A DNA stretch of 62,971 nucleotides, taken from NCBI GenBank assembly GCA_038087875.1, contig JAXLNO010001957.1:1030-64000 (forward strand), read 5' to 3'. A program made the position numbers and the translations under genes. How positions within the stretch are numbered: the stretch's first letter is position 1; each line of letters opens with the position of its first letter. The DNA comes from Malacoraja senta (taxonomy: Eukaryota). The notes below the pieces were generated by a model. It ran no database searches and was not told where the DNA came from. It saw nothing but the letters and a program-made list of their open reading frames with translations. Below, one piece after another: positions 26,414-39,159 of this stretch.

Positions 26414-29400
26414 ATGCAAGATGTTAATATGACTAGAGGGGGTCAGGGAATAACATTTTGTAGTTGGAATGTTAAGGGAATCAATGAACCAATTAAGAGA
26501 GGTAAAGTTTTGGCACATCTAAATTCAATCAAAACAGATATAATATTCCTTCAAGAAACACACCTTAAAAAGGAATCTCAACATAGACTTAAAGCTAAGT
26601 GGATCGCTGAATCATATCATTCCTCTTTTTCCCATAAGTCCAGAGGAGTTGCAATATTAATTCGTAAAGGAATACCTTTTACGAATTCATCAACAATAGC
26701 GGATATTGATGGTAGATATATTATATTAGTTGGAGAGTTAAATGGAGAGAAAGTGATTCTTCTTAATGTATATGGGCCTAATTTTGATAACCCTATGTTT
26801 TTTAATAAAACATTTAATATAATTCCTGAATTTACACAATATAAATTAATAATTGGAGGAGACTTCAATTGCACATTAGATTCATACTTAGATAGATCAT
26901 CAAGGCAAAAAAAAGTAAAATCTCAATCAAGTGTATTTTTAAATTCATTTATTAATACCACTAATATTAAGGATGTCTGGAGAATTGAAAATCCAACTGG
27001 ACGGGAATATTCATTTTACTCACCAGTACATAAAACATACTCAAGAATAGATTATTTTTTAGTTGACTCCACGTTTATCCCATTTACTTACAACTCAAAA
27101 CACCATAATATTATAATCTCAGATCACGCACCTGTAACATTCATGATTAAATTAAATGGAATGTCCGAGAAACAAACATATTGGAGATTTAACCCACAAA
27201 TTTTGAACGAAAGATCATGCGAAGAATATCTTACTAAACAGATTCAAATATTTTTTGTGGTATATGACAACCCTGACACACCTACTTCTCTTATGTGGGA
27301 AACGTTTAAAGCGTTTGTTCGAGGTGCATTAATTTCTGCTCAAGTATTTTATAATAAAGAGAACAGGATTAAACAACAAACATTGGAAAGGGAAATCAAG
27401 CAACAAGATATAGAAAATGCGAGAATGCCATCTATTTTAAAACATAATAAAATTGCTGTATTGAAATATAAATTAAACAAAATGTATTCAGAACAAGTAA
27501 TAAAACTTTATCAAAAAACAAACAATTACATTTTGAGTTTGGAGACAAACCACAAAAACTATTCGCACGTCAGTTACGAAAAATGGAAGGGGAAAAAATA
27601 ATTCATAAAATTAGAACAGAGACAGGAGAATTATTAAAAATGCCCAAGGATATAAACGAAAGATTTCTCCAATACTATCATAATCTTTATTCAACTAAAA
27701 CTGTAGTACAACCAGAAGGAATAGCAGATTTTTTACTAAAATGTAATTTAAAAGGTTTAGATTCAAACGATAGAGAATTATTAGAAAGGGAGATTACGAT
27801 AAAGGATATTGAGGAGTCTATTAGCTCTTTAAAAAATGGTAAAGCAGTAGAACCAGATGGTTTAGGCTCTGAATTCTATAAAAAAAATTATGACTTGCTC
27901 TCCCCACGTTTACAAAGGCTGTATGAGCATATCTATACTCAACAGAAACTTCCAGATACTTTAAATGAATCTATAATAACACTTATTCCTAAAGTTGATA
28001 AAGATCCGGAAGATCCGGGATCATATAGGGCAATTGCACTTTTAAATACAGATCAGAAAATATTAACTAAAATACTAGCGCATAGATTAAGTACAGTGAT
28101 GAATAAATTAATACACCCTGACCAAACAGGCTTTACTCAGAAACGGTACTCATATTATAATCTAAGAAGATTATTTAATATTATTTATTCTAAGAGAATT
28201 ATTAATGAAGATCTAGCAATAATCTCACTTGACGCTGAAAAAGCATTTGATCAGGTTGAATGGTCTTATTTATTTTCGGTGATGGAAAATATGCAGCTAG
28301 GGGAGAAATTCTGCACATGGATAAAACTGTTATATACAAACCCTACGGCTAGAATATTAACAAACCAAAGGTTGTCATCTAAATTCAGCCTATCTAGAGG
28401 TTGTAGACAAGGATGCCCGTTATCTCCATTATTATTTGCGCTTGCTATTGAGCCACTCGCAGAAAGAGTTAGGGGTCATCCGGAAATACATGGGTATAAC
28501 ACAAAGGACACAGTGAATAAAATTTCTCTATACGCAGATGATGTACTAATTTACATTACAAAACCAGAAATTAGTATTCCAAACTTATTAAAGCTAATAA
28601 CCCAATTTGGTTCACTCTCAGGATACAGAATAAATTGGAATAAAAGTGAAATTATGCCAATAAGGGAACACAACAAACAGATAATACAACAATTTCCATT
28701 TAAAATAGTAAACGAAAAATTTAAATACCTAGGCATTTACGTAACTAAGATATATACATCATTATTTAAAACAAATTTCCCCCCATTACTGAACAAACTA
28801 CATAAGAATATTCAATATTGGAAAACACTTCCTATCTCAATGGTTGGCAAAATTAATGCCATAAAAATGATTTTTTTACCGCAAATATTATACCTTTTTC
28901 AGACAATTCCGATATATTTGTCAAAAAACTATTTAAAAAAATTGGATTCCATTGTTAATGATTTTATCTGGGATTATAAGAATCATAGGATAAATAAAAG
29001 ACATTTGTGTAAATCAAAAATAAATGGAGGCTTGGTTTTACCCAACTTTCTGTTTTATTTTTGGGCAGTTAATATTAAAAATATGAATTTCTGGTTGGAA
29101 GAAATAGATCAACAACTAGATTGGTTAAAAATGGAAAAGGAAGATTGTTTACCTTTTGATATCGGCTCGATATTATTTGCTACGTCTAAATTAAACAAAA
29201 AAAATTGTAGGAAAACCCTATAATATTTAGTGCTATACGAATTTGGAAACAATTAAAAAAGACATTAAAATTAGATAATTTATCACTTTTTCTTCCAATT
29301 GTGAATAACCCTTTGTTTAAGCCCTCATGGTTGGACAGGGGTTTTACACAATGGAAGAATTATGGAATTAAAAATATGGGACAACTTTACAAGGAAGGCA

Positions 29401-30227
29401 CCTTTCTGACATTTCAGGAGTTGCAACAGACTTATGGACTTCAAGGAAATGATTTTTTCAGATATCTTCAACTCAGAGATTATGTAAAATCAAATACTCT
29501 AAATTTTCGAATTAGAAATTCAGAAATTCTTGACGAATGTTGGAATAAACATCCTAATACAGAAAAATTAATATCTTATATATATAATATTTTATTAGAC
29601 AGTGACATTCCATCGACGGACTTACACAGACAAACATGGGAAAAAGAATTAAATCAAATAATAACGAAAGATACTTGGGAAGAAAGTTTACAACACATAC
29701 ATCAATGTTCATTAAATGCCAGACATTCATTAATACAATTTAAAGTAATACATAGGTTACATTATTCAAAAACAAAATTACATAAAATCTTTCAACATAT
29801 CTCACCTATATGTGATAAATGTCAACATTTAGAAGCTAACTTATCTCATATGTTTGCAAACTGTATAAAAATAAAAAAATTCTGGGTAAATATTTTCAGT
29901 ATAATATCTAAAGTGACCAGCACACAATTGGACCCGGATCCAAAATTAATAATACTCGGAACATTAGAATTAAATCAAACATTTAAAACAACACAAAGAA
30001 ACTTTATTGATTATAGTATAATAACGGGAAAAAAATTAATTCTAAAATTTTGGAAAGGCCCTATAACCCCCACAATCAAAATGTGGATTATAGAAATGAC
30101 GGAGACCTTAAACGTGGAAAGAATCAGATTTTCCCTGTTGGACAAACAGGAATTATTCGTTGGAACATTGTCTCCCTTTATTGATTATTTAAAGGGTCAG
30201 AATGGTTCAGCACAGGAACCTGACTAG
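26414..30227 (+). pseudogene. L1 ORF2p (APE-RT-zinc knuckle) with two apparent frameshifts (~27520-27600 and ~29200-29300)
   Basis: SWNVKG, LQETH, NVYGPN, GGDFN, YSRIDYF, SDHAP; PDG, YRAIALLN, LDAEKAFD, RQGCPLSPLLF, YADD; CDKC..HMFANC. Split over three long ORFs. Confidence 0.92.
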
Positions 30228-33200
30228 CACTCGGGCTAAAGAATGGATGAAATGCTATACTCTGAAATGTACGAATATATCTCGAATGAAGTTTTTTATT
30301 TTAATAAATTTTTCCATTCTTCTTTAACTAACTTTTTCTTTTCTGTTTTTTTTTTTATTTTTTTTTCTTTCTCTCTCTTTTCTTCTCTCCCTTTTCTTTC
30401 TTTACTTCATCTATCTTTTTAGTTCTATCTAGTTTAAAAAAAACAAAAAAATGCAAAAGGTATTGGAGACAATGTAATAATAATTGACAATATTATCAAT
30501 TCAAAAATGTAAGACTGGTAATGATGTTAATAGGTTGTGTACTTATCTCCAATAAAAAATATTTTCAAAAAAAAAAAAAACGAGCTAACTTATCTTTTGA
30601 CATATGAGCTCTGTCAACCACCTTGAATTGTATCAAAGCGTGTCTGCACACATTGAAGAGGTATTAACTAATTGAAGGATCCTCTCCCATTTCTCTATAG
30701 ATAAAGACATTTGGAGTTCTCTTTCCCAGTCATTATTAATTTTATCAAATGTATCTATTTGTAATTTTGAAATCAACTCATGAATAGTCGTTATTAATCC
30801 TTTCTGATAAGGGTTCAACTGTAAAAAAAAATCAACAATTTCGGGTTGATGTGGTAGCGGAAAAAGAGGTAGTTCCTTTTGTCTAATTTGTAAATATCTA
30901 AAAAAGTGTGAATTAGGTAAGTTATTGGAGAGTTGTTCGAAAGACATAAAACAACCCTCCAAAAACAAATCACAAAAAGCTACTAATCCCTTCCTCTTCC
31001 ATAACAAAAAAACTTGATCAGTACTAGATGGTTGGAAGAGAAATTTGGATAAAATCAGATAGTCCAAAAAACTTATGAAATTGAAACCGTATTCGGAACG
31101 TATGTCTTATTATTGGGTTCGTCATATATTTATTCAATCTCGTAATTGTAAAAGGTAACGAGGTCCCTAGAATAGAAGCCAATTATAGCCCTTGTAAGGA
31201 ATCACGTTCTAGGTTTATCCATCCAGGGCATTGGGTATCTTCTAAATCTTTTGTCCAAAATGTTAAATAACGAACATTGACTGCCCAATAGTAAAGTCTA
31301 AGGTTCGGCATTGCCAAACCACCAACTTTTTTTGATTTCTGTAGGTATTTTTTACCTAGTCTGGCATTTTTATTCTGCCATATATATGAAGAAATTTTAG
31401 AGTCTATAATATCAAAGAAAGATTTGGCAATACAAATTGGTATCGTCTGAAATAAATACAGAAATTTAGGTAAAATGAGCATTTTAATAGCATTGATTCG
31501 GCCAATTAAGGATAAGGACATTGGTGACCATTTAGTGAACTGATGTTTAATATGGTCAATTAAAGGAATAAAATTAGCTTTAAATAAATCCTTGTGTTTC
31601 TTGGTGATCTTAATACCTAAATAAGTAAAACTTTCGGTAGTCAATCTAAATGGAAACTGTCCATAACTCGAAACAAAATTATATAATGGGAAAGCTCACT
31701 CTTACTAAGATTTAGTTTATAACCAGAAAAACTACTGAATTGATTAAGTAATGCTACTATTGCCGGAATAGATTTCTCAGGGTTAGAAATAAATAATAAC
31801 AGATCATCTGCATAAAGAGATAGCTTATGTGTCTTATTCCCACGGACAATACCAAAAATATTAGGGGATTCCCTAATAGCAGTGGCTAAAGTTTCCAAAG
31901 CAATGTGAAATAGTAAAGGACTTAAGGGACAGCCCTGTCTCGTACCTCGAAAGAGCCTGAAAAAAGGGGATCTCTGATTATTAGTAAATACAGAAGCCTG
32001 AGGTATAAGATATATCAGTTTGATCCAAGAGATAAATTTTGGACCAATCTTAACTTTTTCAAGTATATTGAATAAGTATTCCATTCTACTCTATCAATAG
32101 CCTTCTCGGCATCAAGTGAGATGACACATTCTGGGGTTTTATTAGACGCTGTATGTACAATATTTATTAATCTCCTAACATTAAAGAATGAGTAACGATT
32201 TTTAATAAAACCTGTCTGATCTTCAGAGATAATTTGCGGTAAAATCTTTTCCAATCTCATAGCTAATATTTTGGAAAGAATTTTAAAATCTACATTTAAC
32301 ATTGATATAGGTCTATATGATGTCACTTCAGTAGGGTCTTTATCTTTTTTTTAAATTAAAGAAATAGATGCTTCATAAAAAGATTGTGGTAATCTATTCC
32401 TTTAAAAAAGCTTCTTTAAATACCTTGCATAGCCATGGAGACAATAAATTTGAGAAATACTTTAAAAATTCTACTGTAAACCCATCTAAACCGGGTGTTT
32501 TACCAGAATTCATTGAAAAAATTGCTCTCTGTATTTCTTCTTCCGTGATGGGTTCATCTAACAACAGAGACTCATTGTATGGTAAATTTGGTAAGCTCAG
32601 TTTCTTTAAAAACTCATGCATTATATTGGAATCAGTAGGAAAATCTGATTGGTATAGGGAGGTATAAAATTCCTGAAAGGATTTATTAATTTCGTCATGG
32701 TCTACAGTTACTGTACCATCCCGTTTACTCACTTTAGTAATCTGACTCTTGGCCGACACTGCTTTCAATTGATTAGTAAGTAATTTACCAGATTTTTGCC
32801 ATTTATATAAAATTTACTTTTGGTTTTAAGTAACTGGTTCTCAATCGGTGATACTAATAACAAATCATATCTCAATTGAAGTTCAACTATTCTTATAGAG
32901 CTCTAAACTAGGAGCTTTTGAATATTTTTTATCAATTTCTTTAATCTCGTCAGCCAATGTGCGTATTTCTTTTTGTGTTTGTTTTTTTAATCCCGCGGAG
33001 TATGAAATAATTTGTCCATGAATATATGCCTTAAAAGCATCCCAAACTATATCATTCGATATCTCTTCATTAGAGTTTGTCAAGAAGTAAAAAGCAATCT
33101 GATCTTTCATAAACTTAATAAAGTTTAAGTCTTGAAGCAAAGTAGCATTAAATCGCCATTGTTTAGCACTAAACTTGGAATCAGGTAGTTTGATCAATAG

Positions 33201-36024
33201 TTTCACTGGTGCATGATCAGAAATAGCAATTGCATCATACTCACATGCAATGACGAATGGAATTAGCCGAGAATCTAGTATAAAATAGTCGATCCTAGAA
33301 TAATTATGATATACATGAGAGAAAAATGAAAATTCTTTGTCATTTGCGTGTAAGAATCTCCAAATTTCTAACATTCCCGAGTCAAGTAAAAAAGAATTAA
33401 TAAAATTAGCTGATTTATTTGGAAGCACATGATCAGATGTAGACGTATCAATCGAGGGATTCAAACAGCAATTGAAGTCTCCACCCATTATTAAAAAGTG
33501 TTCATTTAAGTTAGGAAAGGATGCAATTAACTGTTTAAAAAACTCAGGGTGATCAATATTTGGTGCATAGACATTCACCATAGTGACTTTTTGCCTATAA
33601 AGGACACCGGTAATCACCAAGAATCTGCTATATGGATCAGAAATTGTTTCATGGTGAACAAACGGAATTGAGGGGTCGATAAAAATAGAGACTCCTTTCC
33701 CCTTAGCCTGTGAATTTGAATGAAACTGCTGTCCTCTCCAAAACTTGAAAAATCGTGACTTGTCATCTTGCCTTACATGAGTTTCCTGAACAAAGATAAT
33801 CTGAGCATTTAGTCTGTGAAGAACTTTTTAAAAAAATCCTCTTAATGGGATGGTTCAAGCCATTCACATTCCATGAAAGGAACTTTATCCATATTGCTTG
33901 TAAAAATCATGTGGGATGTAATGGGTTAATTTCTTGAAGCCTAAAAGTTCATAATACTGGAAGAAGAAAAATCTAGGGCGGAGCCAGGTGACGACATTTC
34001 AGCCAATTTTGTAGTTCAGAATTTGCACAAATGGAGATCACTAAATAGGGAACAAAAGACCCCTCCCCTTCCCCCCTCCCACCCCTGTAGAACCCCAAAC
34101 TGACCAAAAGACAGTCAGCAAACTACCTAATCCCCTCCCCGATCCCATCTCTCCCAGTAACAGCGCTCAGCATAAAATGAATAATATTTAACCACTACAT
34201 CATAACACATTCGTTATTATCTCTTTGAGAGAGAAGAAAAAAAATACAGACTGGCATGGAATGCTGCTTATTATTATCCAAGGTCAAAATATGAAAAACA
34301 AGAACTGCGTTCTCTTAGTTTGTCTAACGACAGGGGAACACGAATTAACAAAGAAATTCTTAAAAGAATATATATAAAAGAAAAACAACTCGTCCAGTTA
34401 AATTCTTAATCATTACCAAACGAAATGTTGTCAAAAGAGGAACAGTAAATCTCCAATTATAACTTAATCAGCTATCAATTACTCCCCTTCCTCGTCGTAG
34501 CTCTTCAGACGCAGCTGGAGGCGTCTTGAGGACTGTTAAAAAATCGAAAGTTACCATTGAAAAGCCGAATACGCAATCTAGCTGGTGATAATAGAGCTGG
34601 GCGCAGTTTTTTCTTATACAAATCAGACATTACATTATAAAAAGTCTTTCTTATTTCCAAAAGCTCGTAACTATAATCAGGGACAAACCGAAACTTACAT
34701 CCTTCGTATTCAACCACACCAAACTTTTTTGCTGCCTGGAGAATATTCTCCTTCATTTGAAAAAAATGAAACCGAATGATCAAGTGTCTCGGTTTATTAC
34801 CGGATTTCTTCCCAATCCTGTGTGCCTTATCCAGGAACAGAAGGTTTTCATTGTGCTCAATGTTGAATGTTTCCTTTATCATTTTAGAAGCATATTTTAT
34901 AACGTTATCTCCTCCTTGGCCTTCCGGCAAACCAACAATTCATCAATTCAAACGACGGCTTCTGTATTCTAAGTCCATATTTTTAGACTTGTATTGCTGA
35001 AGTTCTCAAATGTTTTCATTCATTCTCCGTTCCAATTTTTCAAATTTCAAATCTCTCTCCTGTCCCAGGGTGCGCAAGATATCAATTTGATCCTTTTGTT
35101 CACGAAGTTCATCTTGTAACAAAAACAGTTTTCCTTGGACTTCCTTCAATTTGGTCAACTCCTTTCACCATTTCTTCCAAACTGCCAAATCTTGTTTTCG
35201 TTTCATTTTTCAGCTCATTTTTCAATTCATCGTTCATTTTCGATATTGCTTCTATGATGCTGGAATCAGAAGCTACAGCTGTGGTTGTGGCTTTCCCCAG
35301 TTCCTTCTTTGGGGATCCTCCTTTCCTTCTTGTCTCCATCCTTTTCACGATTAAGGCGTGTAAATGTGTTATCAACACTTTATGAACAGTTAGACGATGT
35401 CTTGAAGTCAAATAGTCACCAGTAACATTGAAAGAGTGGTCAGTGGAAGTTAAAAGTTAAGGGAGCAAACGAGTTTGCAACCTTACAGCATGCTGCCTTA
35501 CACAAGGAGAGTCTAGTTATTGACATGTTATTGATGTTCATGATTATTCTGTTCTTTGTGCCTGGCCATTTTGACTTTGTCACATTTTACTTGGTTTATG
35601 ATATTGTACAAGATTTGCAATCACACCTCCCAATTGACTAAAATTATCCCAATTAACTAAATGCCTACTATGGCATTTAAATTATTGCATTATATTCAGT
35701 GCAGGGTAGAAGCTGCAGTTTTTAAAAGGGCAAGTTTTTATTACATACTATGTGGTGTGTGCCTGGAAAGCACTGCCAGGGATGGTGGCGTCTGGGGTGC
35801 ACCTTTGTGGTGCATGGAGATGCAGGGGTTTGAGGGACATGAATCATTTGCAGGCAGATGCTGCCTAACTGGTGTCTGTCCGACTGATCTGGAGGGATCT
35901 GATGGTCAGGCAGGGAATATTTCCAGTGACCCAATGGTGCTGAGTTCGCTGAATTTTACGGTGAATGGGAATGCCCCTGTAATAGAGGAACAGGTCCTTT
36001 GTCCAACAACGTTTGTGCTGAACA

Positions 36025-36550
36025 TGACGCAACCTGAGGCAGAGTGGCGCTGCTGATAGAGCTGCTGCCTCAGTGCGTCATAGACATCAGTTCAATCCTA
36101 ACCTCGGTTGTCGGCTGTGTGAAGTTTGCATGTATTCCCTATGACCGCATGGGTTTCCACTGTCCTCCAGTTTTCACACACATACTAAAGATGCCAGGTT
36201 TTATGGGTTAATTGGTCTCTGTAATTTGATCCTAGTGTGGAAGCGAAAGTTAGATAACATAGAACTTGTGTGAACGGAACTATTTGAAGGAGTATTGAGT
36301 TTTTTGTTTAGTTTAGAGAGAGAGCATTGAAACAGACACTTCGGCCCCACTGAGTCCGCACCAACCAACGATCACCCACATAAGCTAGGGACACAAGTCA
36401 ATTAACCTACAAACCTGCACATCTGTCTTTGGAATGTGGGAGGAAACTGGAGCACCTGGAGAAAACCTATGCAGTCACAGGGAGAAGGTACAAATTCCGT
36501 ACAGACATCACCCGTGGTCAGGATCAAACCCAGGTGTCTGGCGCTGTGCC
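36025..36550. repeat. Two HE1/V-SINE-like copies, tail to tail (36025-36280 +, 36300-36550 -)
   Basis: Head, core and tail motifs as above. Confidence 0.75.
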
Positions 36551-36681
36551 TTTATATCTGGAAGGAAGATGTTATGTGGGATGGATCAACAGTTAAAGTG
36601 AATAAACTAGTTGCATCTTTCTGAGTTCTGTTCTCTGCTATGCCATTTCTTTGTTGTCTAATATTTAATTTCCCTCCTCAG

Positions 36682-36722
36682 ATTATCAAAATATTCAACC
36701 AAAGCAGAACGTGCACTGCTAA
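36682..36722 (+). CDS. Probable terminal cytoplasmic exon of the MHC class I-like gene (DYQNIQPKQNVHC*)
   Basis: Strong acceptor ctaatatttaatttccctcctcag| with a branch-like CTAAT. Phase 1 matches the repaired TM exon. AATAAA occurs twice downstream (~36774 and ~36824). The link across ~22 kb is an inference. Confidence 0.55.
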
Positions 36723-37700
36723 CCAATCGCTGAGTAGAAGATTTCATGGATGTGATTAAAATGCAGGAACTGAAATAAATGGAAAGAGTTAAATTAAGTT
36801 TATCAAACATGACAGAAATTCTCAATAAACTGCCCTGCATTTGTACAAATTAGAGCTATGTAGCAATTTATGTTGATAACAGCTGATATGACTGAGGCCT
36901 CAACTCCTTTACTGTGCTTATTGCACATAAGACACAATTCCCTGGTCTTTTAGAATATATCCACGCATTATCCATCAATTCACCACCACATCATGCCTCT
37001 TTAATACATTCATAAGGTTAACTCTGTTTCTTGTCATCCCCAAGGGACACAGAACCAGTGATTTCAGCCATTCATGGTTAGGTAACACTTGCTTATTCCA
37101 GAAATCTCTTCTAGCTGATATCCAATATTAATATATCCTTTCTTAAATTTGAGGACCAAGCTGTGCACAGTGCTCATGGTTTGTCCTTAGCAACATCATG
37201 TCCCATAATTACAATAGTAACCTACCTTTGAATGCTAATCACCTTCTGAGTTGTGTGCTGCATCTACCTGCTGGCTTTTTGTTTTGCACTTTAAACACTT
37301 GAATCTCTTGTACTCCACTCATTTGCAATCTCACTCCAATTAGATAATAGCTTCCTTTGAATTGCTCTTACCAGAGTCTGTGAGCACATATTTTCCATCA
37401 TTAAACTCCATTTGCCATGTTTATGTTCATCTAACAAAGAGTCATGGAGCCATATAGCATGGAAGTAGGTACTTCAGCCTAATGCTCTAAGCTGAACAAG
37501 ATGCTACATTTAGGTTAGTCACATTTGCCAGCATTTGGCCCACATTCCTCTCAACATGTTCTATCCATGTACCTGTCCAAGTGTCTTTTCAATGTTGTTA
37601 TTCTGTCTTCGCTGGCAGCTCATTCCATACACCCAGTAACCTCTTCGTAGAAAAGGTTGCCTCTCAGGTTCCTACTAAATCTTCCTCCTCACCTTAAACC

Positions 37701-38327
37701 CAGGGGTGCAGTGCTACCTGAGCTCACCTGAGCACCGATCCGGCACCTCTGTTAAAGAAAAAATAAACAGGGTGGAATTTTAACTAGCGGATGTGTGGTC
37801 GGGTTAACCTGATTAAAAGAGGGGTAAGGGGAAGATCCATCACTACTGAGGTTCCCTGTAGGAGGAGGGGAACACTATGATGCAGCAGAGACAGACCATG
37901 TGATATGTGCATCGTTTGTGGTTGTGGGCCTGGAGCTGAGCCTGGAACTCTGGTGGGTGGGTGTGTAGGTGAATGGGTGTGAGGGTGAGAGTGTGTGTGT
38001 GTGTGTGTGTGTGAAGGCCCAGAGCTGTGGGATAGTCAGGGTGAGTCGGTGTCTTGCCGGCACCTCTGTAAAAATACATAACAGTCTTTTTCTTTACTTG
38101 CTTCATAATTATATTTCATGATAATCAGTGAGTGCAACCGTGGAATATTTTGTCATAATTAAATTAAGTATTATATGTTTTAATGTACTAGCTATACACT
38201 GGGATGTAGTAATAGGCTATAATCTTGTTTGACCCTCTAGGGAGACTAGCTTGCCCCCCCCCCCAGCAAAATCTGAAATGCCCCTGTTTGACAGCTCCGA
38301 CACCTAAAAAATTAGCATTGAACACTG
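37701..38327. mobile_element. Non-autonomous hAT-like element (~630 bp) inserted in a CR1 3' fragment (37430-38410)
   Basis: Near-perfect 8-bp TSD CTTAAACC (37693-37700) / CTTAACCC (38328-38335); CAG...CTG ends; repeated CCGGCACCT motif; the host CR1 sequence resumes after it. Confidence 0.55.
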
Positions 38328-39159
38328 CTTAACCCTGTTTTTGCTGGTTCTTGATTACCCTACCCTGGGTAAAATAAATCCTGATCAATCGCCCTCATGA
38401 TTTTAGAAAGCTCTCTAAGCACCAATTAAATGGTTTCAATTATAGATAGAGTAAGACTTTGTGGTTATTTCCAACAAGAAGTTTAGACTAAAGAAAGGCC
38501 AGTGGAAGTACTTGGTCAAACAGCATCTGTGGAGGCAAATGACATATACCAACATTTCAAGGCAAGGCACAGTATTAGAATTGAAGGAGAGGATGGGAAG
38601 ATTCTAACAGTTTGAAGGAGGAATGGGGCAGAGGCTGGTATGTGGCAGGTGGAATAGTAAGATTAAACGAGAACTTACCAAGTTTGAAGTTTGATCTTTA
38701 TTTTATGAGGAGTAACGTTGAGGGATTACGTGAAGAAGCCCCGTCCAGCCGCACACGCGTCAATCTTTCAAAGCAGCGGAGTGACAATCACAGACGATAA
38801 TTACTGAAGTATGATAGTAAGATGCATAAAGACTTAGAACTACCAGCTTGATCTTTTTATGAGGGTGGGAGCGGAGGGCACGTAATCCCTCAACGTTACT
38901 CCTCATAAAATAAAGATCAAGCTTCAAACTTGGTAAGTTCTCGTTTAATCTTACTATTTTACTTCGGAGTCACGTGAGTGACTACGTGAAGATTTCAAAG
39001 CTCTGTGATTTCACACCGTGGATTCAAATCCAGGTGTTCACTGCATCGATTGACTCTATTTGAGTAAGCACAATCAACAATGCATAACCACAACATTTGA
39101 ATGTAATCAGTTAATGGTTTTATTTATTTTAATAAAAGTAACAAAATTAGGCCCATTTA

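Larger units (their letters stand above)
24097..30575 (+). mobile_element. L1-clade LINE B: full length, young, 16-bp TSD
   Basis: TSD AAAAACGAGCTAACTT at 24081-24096 and 30576-30591 (overlaps the poly-A), with a T|AAAAA L1-endonuclease-type site. Starts GACTTCCGGTGGCGC; ends AATAAA followed by poly-A. Confidence 0.95.
18172..35510 (-). mobile_element. L1-clade LINE A: full-length but decayed (~5.8 kb native), interrupted by DIRS #1 and L1 B
   Basis: ORF1 pieces 35411-34505 (LDKAHRIG..PRHLIIRF..PDYS..PARLRI). APE ~33890-33130 (NVYAPN, GGDFN, YSRIDYF, ISDHAP). RT 32770-31640 (PGLDGF, YRPISMLN, LDAEKA, GTRQGCPLSPLLF, YADDL). The C-terminus runs across the L1 B insertion into CDRC..HMFWSC. The 3' end AATAAAAAGATTTTAAAA lies near 18175. 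The 5' boundary is approximate. Confidence 0.9.

Noticed and set aside
35860-35997. Ser/Gly-rich reading (PTDLEGSDGQAGNISSDP..) as a cytoplasmic exon
   Set aside because: No convincing acceptor, and it lies beside CR1-like remnant sequence.
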